DNA of 63,747 nucleotides, counting the filler, from Octopus bimaculoides (taxonomy: Eukaryota): assembly GCF_001194135.2 (NCBI RefSeq). It is 5 parts of 5 records of this genome, joined end to end, with 100 filler letters (N's around TTAATTAATTAA, not from the genome) between each part and the next. Parts side by side here need not be neighbours in the genome. Positions count along the whole stretch, not along the records: positions 20,288 to 38,229 come from NC_068996.1; positions 38,330 to 53,578 come from NC_069004.1; 3 more parts are not named here. One strand, 5' to 3'. A program made the position numbers and the translations under genes. Position 1 is the first letter of the stretch, and the number at the start of each line of letters is the position of its first letter. The notes below the pieces were generated by a model. It had not been told where the DNA came from. It ran no database searches and was given only the letters and a program-made list of their open reading frames with translations. Shown here one piece after another: positions 27,055 to 39,306 of the stretch.

Positions 27055-27400
27055 GAAGAAGAAGAAGAAGAAGAAGAAGAAGAAGAAGAAGAAGAAGAAG
27101 AAGAAGAAGAAGAAGGATGAGGAGGGGGAGGAAAGAAAAAGAAAAAAGACGTGGAGGAGGAAGAGGAGGAGGAGAAGGAGGGGAAGGAGGGAAGGAAGAA
27201 CAAGTAGAAGAACGAGGAGGAGGGGGAAAGAAGAAGAAGAAGAAAAAGAAGAACGAGGCGAGGAGGGAAAGAGGAGGAAAGAAGAAGAAGAAGAACGAGG
27301 CGAGGAGGGAAAGAGGAGGAAAGAAGAAGAAGAAGAAGAACGAGGCGAGGAGGGAAAGAGGAAGAAAGAAGAAGAACAAGGAGGAGAAGGACGGGAAAGG
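27055..27400. repeat. (GAA)n microsatellite and purine-rich minisatellite (three copies of a ~45-48-bp unit)
   Basis: GAAGAAGAACGAGGCGAGGAGGGAAAGAGGA repeated three times between ~27245 and ~27365. Confidence 0.85.
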
Positions 27401-27649
27401 AAGAAGAAAAAGAACAACAACAACAACAGCAAACAGGAGAAGGAGGAGAACATTTACAGCAGTGGCATAAAAAACAATTACAACAATGATAACAACATTA
27501 CCCTCTACAAAAACAACGGCAAGAACAGTAAGAAGAACAGCTACAGCTCCAACAATAATTTTGAAGGCCAGCATTTTCCAGGGAAGGATAATGCTGATTA
27601 CATCGAACCCCCCCCCCCNNNNNNNNNNNNNNNNNNNNNNNNNNCCCCA

Positions 27650-28260
27650 TATCCCATCCCCCTAGCGTTCAACTGGTATTTATTTTATCGATTCTAAAAG
27701 GATTGAAGGCAAATTTGACCTCGGCAGAAAGTTAAGTCAGAGGGTTTATATCGATGGCAACGACCCCATTGCGCAACTGGTGCTTAATTTCTCAATCCTT
27801 AACAGATGAAAGGCAAAGTCGACCTCGGCGGAATTTGAACCCAGAACGTAAAGACGGACAAAATGCAACTAACTATTTCGCCCAACCGTGGAAAGGATTC
27901 TGCAAGCTCGCCGTCTTGTAACAATATGAATATTGAAACTGTAAGACCAGACACAAGAACATCAACGTCAGCAGCAGCAGCAGCAGCAGCAGCAGTGATA
28001 ACGATAATCACACATTCATCAGCACCATCACTAACAATAACAACAACATCAATAACTATAATGAACGCAACAATAACCCCCCGCGATACCAACAACGCAA
28101 GCAGCTGTTTTTGTTGGCGTGGGAAGATTCAAGTCGATTAACGTTGACCTCAGTACATAACTGATAGCTTATTTTATCGGCATACGACGATGCATGAATA
28201 ATTATGAAAGCCGACCTTGGCGGGAATTTATGTCGCAATATAAATAATACAAAAGGTGAT
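27650..28260 (-). mobile_element. Cluster of SINE family B fragments
   Basis: AAAGGATTGAAGGCAAATTTGACCTCGGCAGAA, GATGAAAGGCAAAGTCGACCTCGGCGGAATTTGAAC and GAAAGCCGACCTTGGCGGGAATT repeated on the minus strand. Confidence 0.7.
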
Positions 28261-28379
28261 TAAATACCGCAACGATCTTTTTACTCCACTCTCCAAAACA
28301 AAAAATTAAAATTAAAATTAAAATAGTCATAACATAGCTCCGATAGACTAATCCTCTTTTCATTTGAGGGAGGTAGATC

Positions 28380-28720
28380 CCTATTCTAAGACGTGAAGTG
28401 CAGTGACGCGTTCTCCGGCTCCAACCTTGCTATATCGACTGCAAATCCGAGTAATGCTGCCCGCAACACAGAAAAGAGAATAAATCGATAAATACAGGGT
28501 CCACATCGACTGCCGGTCGTCGTCAAGACTTTAGATGTTCTCGGATCTCTGCAAAATCGGGATAACGGAGTACTGTCCGAGATATGAGCTCCCAGGTAGA
28601 GGTGAGTGCTGCGGCGACCTTCCTTAACTATTCTCCACGACAATGCCATCGCGGCCATGACAGTAGGGCGCAGCTAAGCAAGCCATTTGTCCTGGGGTGT
28701 GTGGCCCATTCATTACCCCC
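28380..28720 (+). promoter_or_regulatory. CpG-rich unique segment; possible promoter or first exon (ATG AGC TCC CAG GTA GAG|GTGAGT)
   Basis: Visibly GC- and CpG-enriched relative to the flanks; ATG at 28584 followed by a consensus donor GAG|GTGAGT at 28602; no repeat similarity elsewhere in the window. Confidence 0.35.
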
Positions 28721-29662
28721 TTTCGCTCCACCTTCTACTGCTTAACCCCACCTCCTCTTTCTTTTTGTGTTTCTTTTTCTCCTTGTAATTTGATTTGTGA
28801 TTCACTTAAACTTAATAACAGAGAAAAAAAAATCGCTGCTTCTCTCACCAGTTGAGGCGAATTGTTAGAATCTTTCAAACATCAAGAGAGAATGATTCAC
28901 ATTAATCCTTCCCACTGTCTCTTCTACTTTGAGTACAAATTCCGCCGAAGTTAATTCTATCTCTCAACTTTTCAAGCTGGAATAAAAAAAATGGAGTACA
29001 AAGCCAAGGCGGTGGATTGGTGTAATTGTAGGAACGTGGGACCGGATACCTTGAAGTATTTGTTTTGGCTCTTTGCGTTCGGAGTTCAAAACTCGCCATT
29101 GCCTACTTTGGTGGTGGAATTAATCCGTCACCAGGTTTAACAGCACCACTTGGCCCTTGACTCACTTTAACAGAGTCTATGCTGTTGCGGGCAATCGAGT
29201 TACTATTCGTTTGAGAACATAATCATCCCGTTCTCCCACCCATTGGACACTCTGTTGCAAATCATGGACTCGGCCTTTCCCCTTCAATAAAAGATAAAAA
29301 CAAAGAGAAAACAGTCTACTGTTCTTCTGAATAATAGATGCTCATTCTTTGGAAATATTTCTTCAATATCGTGTATGGATTGACATCGTATTTTCGTTTC
29401 GAGCCAACAAGTGAGTCTTTGCATTTTTTCTCGATCTGCTCGAAATAGAAACTAAATCTACCCCACTAAATCTCACACCACTTTATAGAATAAGCAAAAG
29501 ATATATTTGAGAATGTAAATCCCATAAAAAGAAGAGATGGTTACGACTGGATTGGCTCTGTATGTATGCTTGCTTGAAGAAAGCCCAAGTGGAGTTCGAC
29601 AGTGACAAATGTTTACAGGTAACAAAATAAGAATAGTTTCAAATTTTGCCACAAGGGCAGCC

Positions 29663-29833
29663 ATTTTGGGGGAGAGGACTAATCGATTACATCGACCCCA
29701 GTGCGTAGCTGGTACTTAATTTATCGACCCCGAAAGGATGAAAGGCAAAGTCGACCTCGGCGGAATTTGAACTTAGAACATGGAGACATGAAATACCGCT
29801 AAGCATTTCGCCTGGCGTGATAACGATTCTGCC
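29663..29833 (-). mobile_element. SINE family B
   Basis: Reverse complement of 40060-40230 (ATCGACCCCAGTGCGTAGCTGGTACTTAATTTATCGACCCCGAAAGGATGAAAGGCAAAGTCGAC). Confidence 0.85.
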
Positions 29834-30518
29834 AGAAAATAATAATTTTAAAAATACATAATAAAGGGAGCTGAAAGAAATAACGCAAGTAGATGAAGGC
29901 ATAAATTTGGATTACTATATTAAACAGCCGTGTACTAAAAGTCACATACAATGAATAAATGAATGAATAAATAAATAAAGACACCAAATAATTGTAATTT
30001 CTGTCAAAGAAAAAGAAAAAAGAGTCAATCATTCGCAATTCGTAGAGAAAGAGGGAGATAATTTCAGGAAATTAAGAAAAAAATTTACTAAGGTAATTTA
30101 CATGTTTAGAATGCAGATGGAAAACCTGAAAAATCTGTTCACAAGCAAAGTGCAACTATGGACACATGTTTTGGTCTATTTGATCTTACCAGTGTAATAT
30201 AATCCACCCGAGTCTGATTGATCAGTTGTCAAAGGTGTTTTTTCTTTTCTTTTTTTTTTACATAGAGAAAAAGGATTACGGATTTATTTTGAGCCAGCAT
30301 AATATACATAATAAAAACAAAATATGAATTAAAAAGAATTCAAGTAAGTTAATAGTATGATTTGGATAACTATGATAAACGGTGATCAGTTAGTATTCTA
30401 CGATCACCGCTTAATTTTTGTTTCTTAAATCCAATACTATTTTCTTTCTCGCCCAGAACATCTACGATTGTATCAAGGAAGGTGATGAAACAGTTGTTTT
30501 ATTGTTATTATTGTTGTG

Positions 30519-30890
30519 TGGAGGCGCAATGGCCCAGTGGTTAAGGCAGCGGACTCGCGGTGTTAGGATCGCGGTTTCGATTTCCAGACCAGGCGTTGTG
30601 AGTGTTTCTTGATCCAAAACACCTAAAGCTCCACGAGGCTCCGGCAGGGGATGGTGGCCAACCCTGCTGTACTCTTCCACCACAACTTTCTCTCATTCTT
30701 ACTTCCTGTTTCTGTTGTGCCTGTATTTCAAACGGCCAGCCTTGTCACACTGTGTCACGCTGAATCTCCCCGAGAACTACGTTAAGGGAACACGTGTCTG
30801 TGGAGTGCTCAGCCACTTGCACGTTAATTTCACGAGCAGGCTGTTCCGTTGATCGGATCAACTGGAACTCTCGACGTCGTAAGCGACGAA
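30519..30890 (+). mobile_element. Full-length tRNA-derived SINE, family C
   Basis: TGGAGGCGCAATGGCCCAGTGGTTAAG (A-box), GGTTTCGATTTCC (B-box); the head is shared with the SINE at 23088-23381 but the body differs. Confidence 0.8.
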
Positions 30891-31389
30891 TTCTTGTTGT
30901 TTTTACTATAGAACTGAGCATGGAGATAGCGGTAGTAGAGGTGGTACTGGTAGTGTTGCCGATAAAGGTGATATGAGAAGGAAAGGTTAAATGATGATAT
31001 CGATGGAGGTGGTCACATGATGATATCGATGGAGGTGGGCTGGACATCGTTATACTTGCTGTGATAACAGTGTCAGTGGTGATGGTTAATACTGTTATTG
31101 ATGTCGTTTAGTTCCGAATTCAGCTTCACTGAGCACATCTATTCCCAAAGACGTTCCAGTTATGACCTTTACGTTTCCCTTTATTCGCCCCCCACCCCAC
31201 CCCGAATATTGTATATCAAGATTGACATTATATCAAGCGTCCTTCCCTTTTGCCATGCGATAAGGGATAATTTTGAGAGAAATTTGACAACTATTTTTAG
31301 TAAACCAACCTTCCACAAGCCTTGCACGTTGCTATGGTGCTGTTGATGTTATTGTTAATAACACGGATGTTTTTTTATAATTGGTGATG

Positions 31390-31899
31390 TTGGCGAAGGT
31401 AGTGGTGGTGGTGGTATTGGTGGTGGTGGTGGTGGTNNNNNNNNNNNNNNNNNNNNNNNNNNNNNNNNNNNNNNNNNNNNNNNNNNNNNNNNNNNNNNNN
31501 NNNNNNNNNNNNNNNNNNNNNNNNNNNNNNNNNNNNNNNNNNNNNNNNNNNNNNNNNNNNNNNNNNNNNNNNNNNNNNNNNNNNNNNNNNNNNNNNNNNN
31601 NNNNNNNNNNNNNNNNNNNNNNNNNNNNNNNNNNNNNNNNNNNNNNNNNNNNNNNNNNNNNNNNNNNNNNNNNNNNNNNNNNNNNNNNNNNNNNNNNNNN
31701 NNNNNNNNNNNNNNNNNNNNNNNNNNNNNNNNNNNNNNNNNNNNNNNNNNNNNNNNNNNNNNNNNNNNNNNNNNNNNNNNNNNNNTCGTAGCTGTGTTGT
31801 TAATACTGTTAGTGGTGATGGTGGTGGTGGTAGTGGTGGTGGTGGTGGTGGTGGTGGTGGTGGTGGTGGTGGTAGTCGTCGTCGGCGTGATGATGGTCG

Positions 31900-31930
<31 letters not shown>

Positions 31931-32054
31931 AGTAGTGGTGGTGGTGATGATGGTGGTGGTGTTGGTGGTGATGTTGACTACGGTGGTGCTGTTAGACGTG
32001 GTGGTTGTAGGGGAACTGCACGTGATGTTGATAATGTTAATGAACTTGATGATG

Positions 32055-32095
<41 letters not shown>

Positions 32096-32673
32096 CATTA
32101 TTATGAAGATGGTGTTGGGATGGCGATGGTGCCAATCATTAGGGAAATAAGAGCCTTATTGTTGTATTTCTAATAACCGAGTCCCAAATTATGGTAGATA
32201 CACTCACGTTCACATGCTCTTTTAATCTCTCTTTTAATCACCACCACCACCACCAGCACCACCACCACCACTGCCAACACTTCCATCATTGTCATCATCA
32301 GTAGTATCATCAGCAGCAGCAGTAGTAGCAGTACTAACAACAGCAATATCGTCATCACCAGCACCGCCATCACCACTAACATCATTGTTGTCAGCGTCAT
32401 CATCTTCGTGATCATACCACGTCCATCTTCGTCGCGGTCGTCGTCGTCGTCGTCGTCGTCATAATGATCGTCAGCGTCATCGTCATCACCATTGTCATCA
32501 ATATCTTTGTCACCAACACAGCCATCCACTCCCTCCCTATGCCTCCTCATTATCACCACCACTGCCCCAACCACTACCACTACCACCGCTATCATCATCA
32601 TCAATATCATCATCATCGTCGTCGTGATCGGCGTAGACGTCATCATCATTGTCACCATTATCGTCACCACCAT

Positions 32674-32705
<32 letters not shown>

Positions 32706-32830
32706 TCAATATCATCATCATCATCAATATCATAATCATCATCGTCGTCTTCGTCGTCGTCATCGTCATCACTATCATCACTATCATCACCATCATCATC
32801 ATCACCATCATCATCACCATCATCATCATC
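31390..32830. repeat. Compound trinucleotide low-complexity region (GGT/GAT/CAT/CAC/CGT)
   Basis: Degenerate triplet repeats; GT-rich left of ~32150 and CA-rich right of it. Confidence 0.85.
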
Positions 32831-33360
32831 GTTATCCTGGAGGTGAAGCAAGAGGGGAAGAATTATTTATGCAACGGATAGCGTCTCCCACGTCACCACA
32901 GACGTCCATTACACTCTGTCCCTTTCCAAATCATTGACTTACCCGATTCCCACTGTATTATTGACTGACCAATGTCAAGTGGCGCAGCCCTTCTTTACCT
33001 TATTCCCACGGTGTCGATTGACCAATGGGCCGTAGTACCCTGGCATCGAATATGGGTTACGGCTTGGCGTTAGAGTCTTGTAGTACTTTTGGCTGTTGTG
33101 GCTGTTGTAATTGTTGTTGTTGTTTTGTTGCTTTTATCCCAACACTGCAGATGGTTGCAGTTATGTTTGATTCTTTTTTTGTTTTTCTGCTGTTTTTTCC
33201 TTTTTTTTTTTTTTGCTGCTGCTGTATATTCACCGTTATCGGTATAGTTGTTGTTGTTGGTGTTGGTGATGTCGGTGATGGTAGTGGTCTTCCTATGTCC
33301 CACGTCAACACTGATTGAATAGGACTGTCATTAAAGGCATTCTTTCCGTGACCATCACGT

Positions 33361-33541
33361 ATATGCATGCACACACACACATACACACACACACACACGA
33401 AGGACTCTCCCTTCTAAGAATAACGAAGAACCCGGTCTAAGAATTGAAACCACAATCTCGCTTTCATGAGTGTAAGATCCTAACCACTAGGCCATGCGCA
33501 TTCAATATATATATATATATATATATATGTAAAGAGAATAT

Positions 33542-33578
<37 letters not shown>

Positions 33579-34244
33579 NNNNNNNNNNNNNNNNNNNNNN
33601 NNNNNNNNNNNNNNNNNNNNNNNNNNNNNNNNNNNNNNNNNNNNNNNNNNNNNNNNNNNNNNNNNNNNNNNNNNNNNNNNNNNNNNNNNNNNNNNNNNNN
33701 NNNNNNNNNNNNNNNNNNNNNNNNNNNNNNNNNNNNNNNNNNNNNNNNNNNNNNNNNNNNNNNNNNNNNNNNNNNNNNNNNNNNNNNNNNNNNNNNNNNN
33801 NNNNNNNNNNNNNNNNNNNNNNNNNNNNNNNNNNNNNNNNNNNNNNNNNNNNNNNNNNNNNNNNNNNNNNNNNNNNNNNNNNNNNNNNNNNNNNNNNNNN
33901 NNNNNNNNNNNNNNNNNNNNNNNNNNNNNNNNNNNNNNNNNNNNNNNNNNNNNNNNNNNNNNNNNNNNNNNNNNNNNNNNNNNNNNNNNNNNNNNNNNNN
34001 NNNNNNNNNNNNNNNNNNNNNNNNNNNNNNNNNNNNNNNNNNNNNNNNNNNNNNNNNNNNNNNNNNNNNNNNNNNNNNNNNNNNNNNNNNNNNNNNNNNN
34101 TATATGCATGCACACACACACATACACACACACACACACGAAGGACTCTCCCTTCTAAGAATAACGAAGAACCCGGTCTAAGAATTGAAACCACAATCTC
34201 GCTTTCATGAGTGTAAGATCCTAACCACTAGGCCATGCGCATTC

Positions 34245-34270
<26 letters not shown>
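33361..34270. repeat. Identical ~170-bp direct duplicate flanking a gap (33361-33529 and 34102-34270), containing a minus-strand SINE head
   Basis: Base-for-base identical text from ATATGCATGCACACAC to GCGCATTCAA(TA)n on both sides of the 33579-34100 gap. Confidence 0.85.
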
Positions 34271-34293
<23 letters not shown>

Positions 34294-35998
34294 AACTACT
34301 TTCGCTTTTATTATTAATTACTCCCGTTTGGATTCCAACGAACAACGTAGTGGATAGGAACTTCGCCGCCTTCGCAAACGATGGTTTGTTTCATGTACCA
34401 ATGCACCCATTGTTACGAATGCCCGCCTCCAAATTCCTCAGAATTTATCCGTTCAACCGAACCCTCTCCTTGTCAGTGATAGGGTGCATTCGCTTCTTTG
34501 TATCACATGCTTGTTTGCGAGCTGGGTACCTGCTAAGCCTGACATTATCCCGTCCACTGTCACTCGACTACACACTTTTTTCCTCATACCAGCTCCCTAC
34601 TATATATCGAATAAACCAAATAAGGTCCACCCACCAATTCACACCGAGCTCACTCCTTCTACTGACACACTTCTCTCACCCACATCTCTCATTTACTGTG
34701 ATTAAACTTCTCATCTGTTTTATATCCGCCTTTCCTTGAGCACACTTCGAAGAGACAAAGCTACAATTTAACTTTTCTCCCCCCACTCCTTACGATAAAA
34801 GAACTTATTGACATTCAATAAAGTAATTGTCAAACCCTTAGGTCATTGTTTTAGGTGTTTTACCTCGCCCCTGACTTTCAATATATATATATATTCTGTT
34901 TGGTGTGAGTTTGTCATCCATTACCGCTAGGGTTGAGCTAATGTCGGTAAACCAAACTATAAACGCACACACACACACGCAGCAGCATTTAAGACGATAA
35001 CATTATATTTGTTTTTGTCATAATAATAAAGTATATTATCATCAACAGGACTTTATTTTGTCATTATCTCAGTCAGCTCTATCATCATAGACTGGGTTTT
35101 CAGCACTACCATAGCCACGACGACGTTCAGCGTCATTACAATCGTCATCATCACATTCACCATCATCACCATCTTAATGAAATGATGCAGCAGCAGCAGC
35201 AGCAGCAGCAGCGGCGGCAGCAGCGACAGCAGCAGCACTGCAGCCAGCACCACCACCAACTTCATCATCATTAATAATCAACATCATTATCATCATCCTC
35301 ATCCTCAGTCGTCATCGTCTACTTCTTCCTTTTCTTCTTCTTCTTCTTCTTCTTCTTCTTCTTCTTCTTCTTCTTCTTCTTCTTCTTCTTCTTTAGTATA
35401 TTCTCTATATTCACATACATACATACATACATACATATGTGTGTATATATATATGTGTGTGTGTGTATATGTATGTGTGTGTATGTGTATGTGTACTTAT
35501 TTTAGATATATTTGACAGTCTACTACACATCGTTGTTAGGGTATCCACATAAGTGGAATCTGGATCGGATAGTGTGTACAGGCATCGAGTCGTGTAAATT
35601 GCAATAATGAAGTTAAACCAAATAGTCATATATCGAAGCTCTTTAACTGAAGAAGGTCTTACGTAATGGATGCCTTTCCTATCATACATTACGCAGACAT
35701 GAAACGTACGTATTAAATGATTTCAAAATATCACTATTTGCTTTGATTTTATTAAAATAATTTATACGGCTTGATGCCAGTGTAAACTAACCGGTCCAGC
35801 TATGAGTATACTCTAGCAATACTCTAGCAAATTTGGAATAGCTGCGTGGTAAGAAGCTTGCCTCCAAACCACATGGTTCCGGGTTCAGTCCCAGTGGTGG
35901 CAACTTGGGCAAGTGTCTTCTATTGTAGCCTCGAGCCGGCCAAAATCATGTGAGTGGATTTGGTAGACGGAAACTGAAAGAAACCCGACCTATATATA

Positions 35999-37523
35999 CA
36001 CTGCGTTTCAAATTATTAACGGCGTGACATTTTTTTTTCTCTTATTTTATTTAAAAACTACTCGTTGGAATTCAACAGAATTTCCACAGAATAATGGCAA
36101 CAGTTATATGCGCACGGTGTGTGAAAAACGTGAGGTTTTGCGCAAGTATGAACAAACCGCGGCCATTTCCATGATTTCCAAATTATTAACGAGTGGTCTG
36201 ATTATAGTATAATTATGGGTCGTAAATGTGACTTAACTGCTCCATAGAAATCTGGTATTACTTCTGAACTTGCAAAAGGTAAATCAACAATGGAAATAAC
36301 TAAAATTATTGGAAGATATCACCAAACTGTGAAAACATTTGTTACAGCTCTTACGAAGATACGTAAGAGAGCCGACAATGGTCAGCCGAGAGATGTTCCT
36401 CAACGTTCTTTGTCATAAATTAAGCTTGAAGCTGTAAAGAATCTGGTTCTTACAAATGGAGAACTTTTCAAGTGAATTGGCGAAACAGATATGCCCAGAA
36501 CTACCCGATGTTATCTTTTGAAAAAGGTCAGTAAACCAGTGATATTGGTTAAAAGGTCTCCTTTATACAAAATACACAAAATCGTCTGAAATGAGCAGAA
36601 GATAACATGAAGGTCCACTTTTCAAAAGTCTTGTTTACGGACGAAACTCGTGCTAACCTTGTTAGACCTGATGGTCGGAGCAAGGGATGGGTTGTAAATG
36701 GACGAGATCGTCATCAACAAGGGGAAGGAGACATCATTATTTGGGCTAGCATTATTGGAGGCATTATGGTTGGTCCTTGGAAAGTGCCAGACGGTGTTAA
36801 AATGACCGCAGATGCTTACATAGCCTTTCTGAGGGAACACCTTGAACCATAGTTAAAAAGGCAAAGGATCACATTCAAGACAACTATAATATTCATGCAA
36901 GATAATGCACCCTCACACTCAGCGAAGAAAACTACAGAGTATCTGCAACAATTAGGCTTCTGTGGATTTTAGAAGATGAATGGGCCTACCTGTTACTTCG
37001 ACTTAAACCCAATAAGAAACTTATGGGATATTCTAAAGGGACGAGTTTAGGAGAATGGACACCAATTTAGGAGGAAGGACGAACTGTGGAAGGTAATAGT
37101 AGATGTATTTCGTTTAACATCAGAAAAGATCCAGAAACTAGCATGTTCCGTGGACCATCGCCTTTTTCAACTTATTTCAAACAAAGGCTCGTATATCCCT
37201 TACTAACCGGCTCACCAATCATTTTTGAACGCTGGTTATTTGTTTATTTCTTTCATGTTAATGACTGTATGTGTTCGTTTCGGTATGTACATCAAACAAT
37301 TAAATTGGTATTTTCTTGTTTACATGAGTTTAATTGCACATCGCTAATAATTTGAAACAGAGAAAGTTTACGTAAATTTGGTAAATGGCCGTAGTTTCTG
37401 CGCTGTTTTACGGAACATCACGTTTTTTACACAACACACGCATATGACTGACTCCATCATTCTGTAAAAGGTTCGTTCAAATCCAGCGAGTAGTTTCTAA
37501 ATAAAATAAAAAAAGATGTTACG
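35999..37523 (+). mobile_element. Tc1-superfamily DNA transposon, DD37E (TRT-like), long IR/DR-type ends
   Basis: Starts TA|CACTGCGTTTCAAATTATTAAC; ~190-bp diverged inverted arms (36020-36190 vs 37343-37523) with an internal repeat of CAAATTATTA; the outer ~24 nt of the right end are missing. Confidence 0.85.
36215..37195 (+). pseudogene. Disrupted Tc1-type transposase
   Basis: MGRKCDLTAP*KSGITSELAKGKSTMEITKIIGRYHQTVKTFV (HTH); KVLFTDETRA; IFMQDNAPSH...DLNPIRNLW with 37 residues between the second D and the position of the catalytic E (here R); several stops. Confidence 0.88.
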
Positions 37524-37774
37524 TATATATGTGCGTGCGTCTGTGTTTGTCCCCCAATCACCATTGTTTGACAACTGTTGTTGGTGTGTTTACGACCTTT
37601 TAACTTAGCAACTTAGCAGTTCGAGGAAAACAGACCGATAGAATAAGTACTATGCTTACAAAGTCCGGGGGTAGATTTCTGCGACTAAAACTAAACCCTT
37701 TAAGACGCTGCTCCAGCATAGCCACAGTCAAATGAGTGAAACAAGTAAAAGAAATAAAAAAATAAAATTATATA

Positions 37775-38155
37775 TCTCCTTTAGAGAGACTTAGAAATAT
37801 TTCTGAAAACCAGTGGATAGATTCCACTGAAATTAGATAAATAACCTTCGAGCAGATAGTCAGCAGCGCCGCCTGGCTAAGGCTTGGCTACTCTGCATTG
37901 ACAAGGGGCAACACCCTGAAACTAGTCTAGTCTGCAGATGCCAAACCAGCAGGGGGACACTGCTGACCTCCCCTGTTCGAAGGTTATAAAGGACACAGGT
38001 TTCGTGTGTCACATAGCTAGCTAGAGGCGATGGCTTCTTGGAGCTAATTCACGGCAGCTTTCGTCCTAATTTTGGGACTGCCATGTTGGCTTGGCGATAA
38101 CTATTAATTTCCAGTACCGCTGCCGTAGTCTCCTTTAGAGAGACTTAGAAATATT
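37775..38155. mobile_element. 354-bp structured unit bounded by 27-bp direct repeats (retrozyme-like?)
   Basis: TCTCCTTTAGAGAGACTTAGAAATATT at 37775-37801 and 38129-38155; internal ATAACCTTCGAGCAG/CTGTTCGAAGGTTAT inverted repeat; partial hammerhead-like segment on the minus strand at 38041-38085. Confidence 0.5.
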
Positions 38156-38166
38156 AATAACTCTAT

Positions 38167-38229
<63 letters not shown>

Positions 38230-38734
38230 NNNNNNNNNNNNNNNNNNNNNNNNNNNNNNNNNNNNNNNNNNNNTTAATTAATTAANNNNNNNNNNNNNNN
38301 NNNNNNNNNNNNNNNNNNNNNNNNNNNNNATATATATATATATATATACCTACAGAGTATTTGAGCAGTGGGTAATATCATAACATTACTAATCTAACTG
38401 CAACATGGTTTAAGTTTCAATATTATTCGTATTCTCACAGGATTTCCCTTCATTCATTGAGTAAAAAAAACCAACGAACAATGCAAACTTTTGTTCCACG
38501 GAGAAAATGCGAAATTCTCTTTCGTACTCCGCCCTAATACATTTCAACATCGATGTGCTTGTACAAGTTTATGTATGTTTACATACATGTAGGCCTGTAC
38601 GTAAGTATATATGTATATATACATATGTGTGTGTATTTATATAGACATATATATATATATCTGTGTGTGTGTGTGTATGTATGCACACTTATGCATATAT
38701 AAATATATATAGACATACATGCAAATATATATAC

Positions 38735-38768
<34 letters not shown>

Positions 38769-38982
38769 GCATACATATGCATATATAAAGATATATATGT
38801 GCAAATATATATATACGTATACATATATGTATACATATATATGTGTGTATCATTATATAAATACATATATACATATATAAATATATGTATATATATATAT
38901 ACACACACATGTATAAAAACAAAACTCGATGATTTATCAATAACAAACTATAATGCTTGATATATATGTATGTATGTATGCA

Positions 38983-39077
<95 letters not shown>

Positions 39078-39260
39078 NNNNNNNNNNGCATATATATATA
39101 TATATATATATACATACATATATATATGCATATATATATATATATACATATACATACATGCATATGTATATATAGTTATACACACATTTATATATATATG
39201 TATGTGTATATATATATGCATATATACATAAATATATGCATATATATATATGTATATATA

Positions 39261-39306
<46 letters not shown>

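Larger units (their letters stand above)
35838..37760 (+). mobile_element. SINE family A split by a Tc1-type insertion (5' half 35838-35998, 3' half 37524-37760)
   Basis: The two halves are collinear with 63107-63468; the break falls in the central (TA)n. Confidence 0.85.

Noticed and set aside
27002-27697. Lys/Glu/Arg-rich 215-aa ORF and its overlapping antisense ORFs
   Set aside because: Produced by (GAA)n and a purine minisatellite; open in several frames at once.
28386-28658. 90-aa minus-strand ORF MAAMALSW...
   Set aside because: No recognisable domain or minus-strand splice donor; ORF length is explained by local GC richness.
30519-30600. tRNA gene (also 23300-23381 and 33440-33505)
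   Set aside because: A and B boxes are present but there is no complete cloverleaf, and the sequence continues into SINE bodies.
31355-32937. Poly-His/Asp/Met/Thr ORFs resembling metal-binding or biomineral proteins
   Set aside because: Degenerate trinucleotide repeats open in nearly all frames, with no splice signals or unique domain.
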